This document shows, one piece after another, positions 1-1,514 of a stretch of 1,514 nucleotides of DNA. A program made the position numbers and the translations under genes. The DNA comes from Naegleria gruberi. Taxonomy: Eukaryota. Where the stretch lies: the NCBI GenBank assembly GCA_000004985.1, contig GG739398.1; one strand, 5' to 3'. Every line of letters starts with the position of its first letter. The stretch's first letter is position 1. The notes beneath the pieces were generated by a model. The model saw nothing but the letters and a program-made list of their open reading frames with translations. It ran no database searches and had not been told where the DNA came from.

Positions 1-301
1 AAATAAATCGCAATACATTACCGAGACAATTAATTAAATCGGCCTTACTCATGGCAACTCCTGTATCAATGATGGTTAAAGTCTTGTTAACCTTATCAGG
101 GATGATACGAATACACAATTCCCTTTCAGTGTCCAAGACTGATGGTTCAGTCAAACTAATATGACGAAGCTTATCCAAAGCATCAGAAGCATTAGAAATC
201 AATTCTCTCAAGAAGATTTCCTTATTGCTATAAAATGTATTGATGATCAAACTCATCAATTGGTTGATTTCAGCTTGAAATTTAAATGTTTCGGTAGACA
301 T
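1..301 (-). CDS. HSP90: Hsp90-family molecular chaperone, N-terminal ATPase (GHKL/Bergerat) domain. 5' end of the gene: ATG at 301..299, about 100 codons in the window, continuing past window position 1
   Basis: Manual reverse-strand translation from the ATG at 301 gives [100 protein letters not shown]. Residues 4-45 are essentially identical to the canonical Hsp90 N-terminus ([41 protein letters not shown]) recalled from yeast, human and plant Hsp90. The start context caagaATGTCT (A at -3, Ser TCT second codon) is typical of a highly expressed yeast gene. No in-frame stop occurs between 301 and 2. Confidence 0.9.
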   Translation of the reverse strand, partial: MSTETFKFQAEINQLMSLIINTFYSNKEIFLRELISNASDALDKLRHISLTEPSVLDTERELCIRIIPDKVNKTLTIIDTGVAMSKADLINCLGNVLRFI

Positions 302-313
302 CTTGTTGTTGTA

Positions 314-321
314 TTTTTTTT
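314..321 (-). promoter_or_regulatory. dA8 tract on the coding strand (T8 on the plus strand) 13-20 nt upstream of the Hsp90 ATG. Poly(dA:dT) tracts are nucleosome-excluding in yeast promoters; this one may lie in the 5' leader
   Basis: A run of eight T at 314-321 on the plus strand. Established knowledge: poly(dA:dT) tracts are characteristic of yeast promoters. Confidence 0.35.
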
Positions 322-340
322 CGAAGTAAAATTCGGAAGT
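320..340. promoter_or_regulatory. Direct repeat TTCGRAAGT (ttcgaagt at 320-327, ttcggaagt at 332-340), 20-40 bp upstream of the Hsp90 ATG in the core promoter / 5' UTR
   Basis: Seen in sequence. The second copy contains one of the CGGAA pentamers. The TTC-GAA spacing of 0-1 nt is not a canonical HSE spacing. Confidence 0.25.
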
Positions 341-426
341 GCTTTTTAACAAAAACCTTCTGAACGGAATGTTTTATTGTAAACGGAACGTTCCGTGCAT
401 ACAAAAAATACACAAGACATTCCGTT
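331..426. promoter_or_regulatory. Cluster of five CGGAA/TTCCG pentamers: CGGAA at 334-338, 365-369 and 384-388, and TTCCG at 391-395 and 421-425. It includes AACGGAATG half-sites at 363-371 (plus-strand orientation) and 418-426 (inverted), flanking the central palindrome. Centre-to-centre spacings are about 20, 5 and 30 bp
   Basis: The pentamers were counted directly. About 0.2 occurrences would be expected by chance in 170 bp of roughly 33% GC DNA on both strands, against 5 observed. The spacings in multiples of about 10 bp put the sites on one face of the helix. Confidence 0.4.
383..396. promoter_or_regulatory. Perfect 14-bp palindrome ACGGAACGTTCCGT. Its core GGAAcgTTCC is two inverted nGAAn units (GAAnnTTC), so it is a candidate heat-shock element about 88 bp upstream of the Hsp90 ATG. 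Alternatively it is a CGG-N6-CCG zinc-cluster (Gal4-class) site
   Basis: I verified the self-complementarity of 383-396 by hand. Established knowledge: HSF binds alternating nGAAn/nTTCn pentamers, Hsp90 genes are HSF targets, and Zn2Cys6 factors bind CGG-Nx-CCG. Confidence 0.45.
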
Positions 427-470
427 TAATGTTCAACCAATTCACTGTGAATGTCTGACCAATAAATTAT
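400..470 (-). terminator. Probable 3'-end formation region of the Ser-rich gene (AT-rich, with TTTTTTGTAT and ATAATTTATT on the coding strand); not precisely mappable
   Basis: Position immediately 3' of the TAA at 473..471. Yeast polyadenylation signals are degenerate UA-rich elements. Placement is inferential. Confidence 0.25.
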
Positions 471-1460
471 TTAATTGTTGGGATTGGTTTCAGAAGGATC
501 AGACTTCCTCTTAAATGATGGTAATTTGGGTCTATGTTGCTCAGTATTCTGTCCAGCACTAGTTGGTGGTTGTAAATTAGAAGAGCTATTGTTAGTGGAG
601 GAAGATGCACTTCTTTTCCTCTGGTCACCAACAGGGGGTGCTGCACTCAATGCTTTCTTCTTGTTGAATGAAGAACTTGTTGGGGGTAAATTAGAAGAGG
701 AAGGATTCTTTGTGGTTGTAACAGCAGAAGAGAAACCAATTGAATCAGCAGCAGTTTTGGAAGATGTATTTCTTAGTGAGGCATTAATTGGTGCTCTTTT
801 TGTTGATGAAGAACTTGCTAATACATTGTTGGATACAGTAGATGATGAAGAATTTGTTGATGCAGTATTGGATGATTTCTTCTTGGTTGATGAAGATGAT
901 TCATTTCTTAAATTATTCAAAGATGGTGGTTTCTCTTGAGGTATTCTTTGTGAAGAATTCTTTGAAGAAGAAACTCTTGATGAGTTGGATGAAGAATCAA
1001 TTGTCTTGTTGAGAGACTTGTAAGAGGATGCCAATTGATCATCCTCAGATTCATCTTGAATAACCTTACTCTTCCTTAATGGTAGTGGTAAAACGGTGGC
1101 AGTTTTCTTTTTGTTGCTTGATTCTTTAGACGATTTCTTTTGAGGTGGTACTGAGCTAGCACTGTTATCAGATTCATCTGAAGAATCATCATTTTCTATA
1201 ACTTTAGACTTGACAATATTTCTATTATTATTCTTTTTAACCTTTTTAGGTCTTGAAATCTCCTCATCAGATTCCTCTGGGACGTTTCCTAAAAGTAATG
1301 ATCTTTTTTCCTTTTCAAACCTAGTCTGTTTTTTCTTATTGGTTTTCTTCTCATGCTCATATCTTTCCATTCTAAAATCTTGATACACCTTTTCATAATT
1401 GGAGGATAATTTCTCTCGATTAGCATGTTTAACGAGGTGATCAATTATGGGCTTCCTCAT
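471..1460 (-). CDS. Complete 329-aa Ser/Lys/Asn-rich low-complexity protein. It has a charged, structured-looking N-terminus (MRKPIIDHLVKHANREKLSSNYEKVYQDFRMERYEHEKK), acidic Ser/Asp/Glu clusters (EESDEEIS, DDSSDESDNSASS, DESEDD) and basic clusters (RPKKVKKNNNR, KSSNKKK, FNKKKAL, SFKRKSD). Likely a nuclear or nucleolar phosphoprotein; no confident homolog recognised
   Basis: This is the longest ORF in the window. Its first ATG (1460..1458) lies about 30 nt downstream of an in-frame upstream TAA, and the TAA stop is at 473..471. Codon usage is yeast-like (TCT/TCA/AGT Ser, AAG/AAA Lys, AGA Arg). The non-repetitive N-terminal 60 aa argue against a random low-complexity ORF. The long plus-strand ORF opposite it is compositionally a mirror artefact. 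Confidence 0.7.
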   Translation of the reverse strand: MRKPIIDHLVKHANREKLSSNYEKVYQDFRMERYEHEKKTNKKKQTRFEKEKRSLLLGNVPEESDEEISRPKKVKKNNNRNIVKSKVIENDDSSDESDNSASSVPPQKKSSKESSNKKKTATVLPLPLRKSKVIQDESEDDQLASSYKSLNKTIDSSSNSSRVSSSKNSSQRIPQEKPPSLNNLRNESSSSTKKKSSNTASTNSSSSTVSNNVLASSSSTKRAPINASLRNTSSKTAADSIGFSSAVTTTKNPSSSNLPPTSSSFNKKKALSAAPPVGDQRKRSASSSTNNSSSNLQPPTSAGQNTEQHRPKLPSFKRKSDPSETNPNN

Positions 1461-1483
1461 TCCAAGTCGTGTAAATTTGCCAT
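1457..1483 (-). other. Candidate upstream ORF: ATG GCA AAT TTA CAC GAC TTG GAA TGA (MANLHDLE*). It sits in the +2 frame relative to the Ser-rich gene, and its TGA stop overlaps that gene's ATG (gaATGAgg)
   Basis: Manual reverse-complement of 1457-1483. The uATG context aaaATGg (A at -3, G at +4) is better than the main ATG context ggaATGa (G at -3). Confidence 0.25.
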
Positions 1484-1514
1484 TTTAACTAAACCAGAGG
1501 CGAGTTCTTTAAGT

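Larger units (their letters stand above)
302..470 (-). promoter_or_regulatory. 169-bp intergenic spacer holding the 3' UTR/terminator of the Ser-rich gene and the entire proximal promoter and 5' UTR of the Hsp90 gene
   Basis: It lies between the TAA of the upstream minus-strand gene (471-473) and the ATG of the Hsp90 gene (301). It contains a dA8 tract, an A/C-rich leader (aaaaaaatacaacaacaagaATG on the coding strand) and a cluster of CGGAA/TTCCG motifs. Confidence 0.6.

Noticed and set aside
16-21. Possible 5' splice donor GTAATG (minus strand) inside the Gly codon where Hsp90 similarity ends
   Set aside because: It is a weak match to fungal GTRNGT and yeast GTATGT donors, and the window ends before any branch point or acceptor could be seen. 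It is therefore not annotated as an intron, only mentioned as an alternative under the Hsp90 finding.
320-325. TTCGAA as a heat-shock element
   Set aside because: The TTC and GAA units are contiguous, with 0-nt spacing. HSF arrays need pentameric nGAAn/nTTCn phasing with 2 nt between the trinucleotides. The sequence is kept only as part of the TTCGRAAGT direct repeat.
161-349. Plus-strand ORF of 62 aa ([10 protein letters not shown]…) from the supplied track
   Set aside because: It lies antisense to the well-supported Hsp90 coding sequence and runs through that gene's start codon into the promoter T-tract. It has no recognisable motifs and is best explained as a chance antisense ORF.
461-466. 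AATAAA hexamer just beyond the stop of the Ser-rich gene
   Set aside because: It is on the plus strand whereas the gene is on the minus strand, where it reads TTTATT. Yeast-type 3'-end signals are degenerate UA-rich elements, so it is not used as a specific poly(A) signal call.
665-824. Short nucleotide repeats inside the Ser-rich gene (for example tgaagaacttg at about 669-679 and 810-820)
   Set aside because: They are consequences of repeated SSSTKK-type low-complexity peptide runs using the same codons. There is no higher-order tandem array or mobile-element structure.
475-939. Plus-strand ORF of 154 aa (Leu/Glu/Val/Asp-rich) from the supplied track
   Set aside because: It is entirely nested antisense within the Ser-rich gene. 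Its composition is the expected mirror image of Ser/Lys/Asn-rich low-complexity coding sequence, with stop codons depleted by the opposite strand's codon bias.
1-1514. Looked for CRISPR arrays, IS/transposon inverted repeats, tRNA/rRNA genes and bacterial operon signatures
   Set aside because: No sizeable direct-repeat array, terminal inverted repeats, tRNA-like cloverleaf segments or Shine-Dalgarno-led ORFs were found. The sequence is coherently eukaryotic and yeast-like.

Overview
The window is eukaryotic and yeast-like: AT-rich, with AGA/TTG/TCT/GCT codon usage. No prokaryotic or CRISPR-type system was detected. It holds two genes in tandem on the minus strand, separated by a compact 169-bp spacer.

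The first gene (minus strand, 1460→471) encodes a complete 329-aa protein. It has a short charged N-terminal segment followed by a very long Ser/Lys/Asn-rich low-complexity tail, with acidic-serine clusters and basic NLS-like patches. I recognise no named homolog.

The second gene (minus strand, 301→1) encodes the first ~100 codons of an Hsp90-family chaperone (the N-terminal GHKL ATPase domain) and runs off the window. Its first ~45 residues are near-canonical. From there it becomes unusually divergent for Hsp90, including an Ala in place of the second Gly of the DxGxG ATP-binding motif.

The spacer (302-470) must hold both the 3' end of the first gene and the Hsp90 promoter. It contains a striking cluster of five CGGAA/TTCCG pentamers, among them a perfect 14-bp palindrome ACGGAACGTTCCGT that matches a GAAnnTTC heat-shock element. 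A dA8 tract lies immediately 5' of the Hsp90 ATG.

A small upstream ORF (uORF) in a better start context overlaps the start codon of the Ser-rich gene. The two plus-strand ORFs in the supplied track are antisense shadows of these genes.
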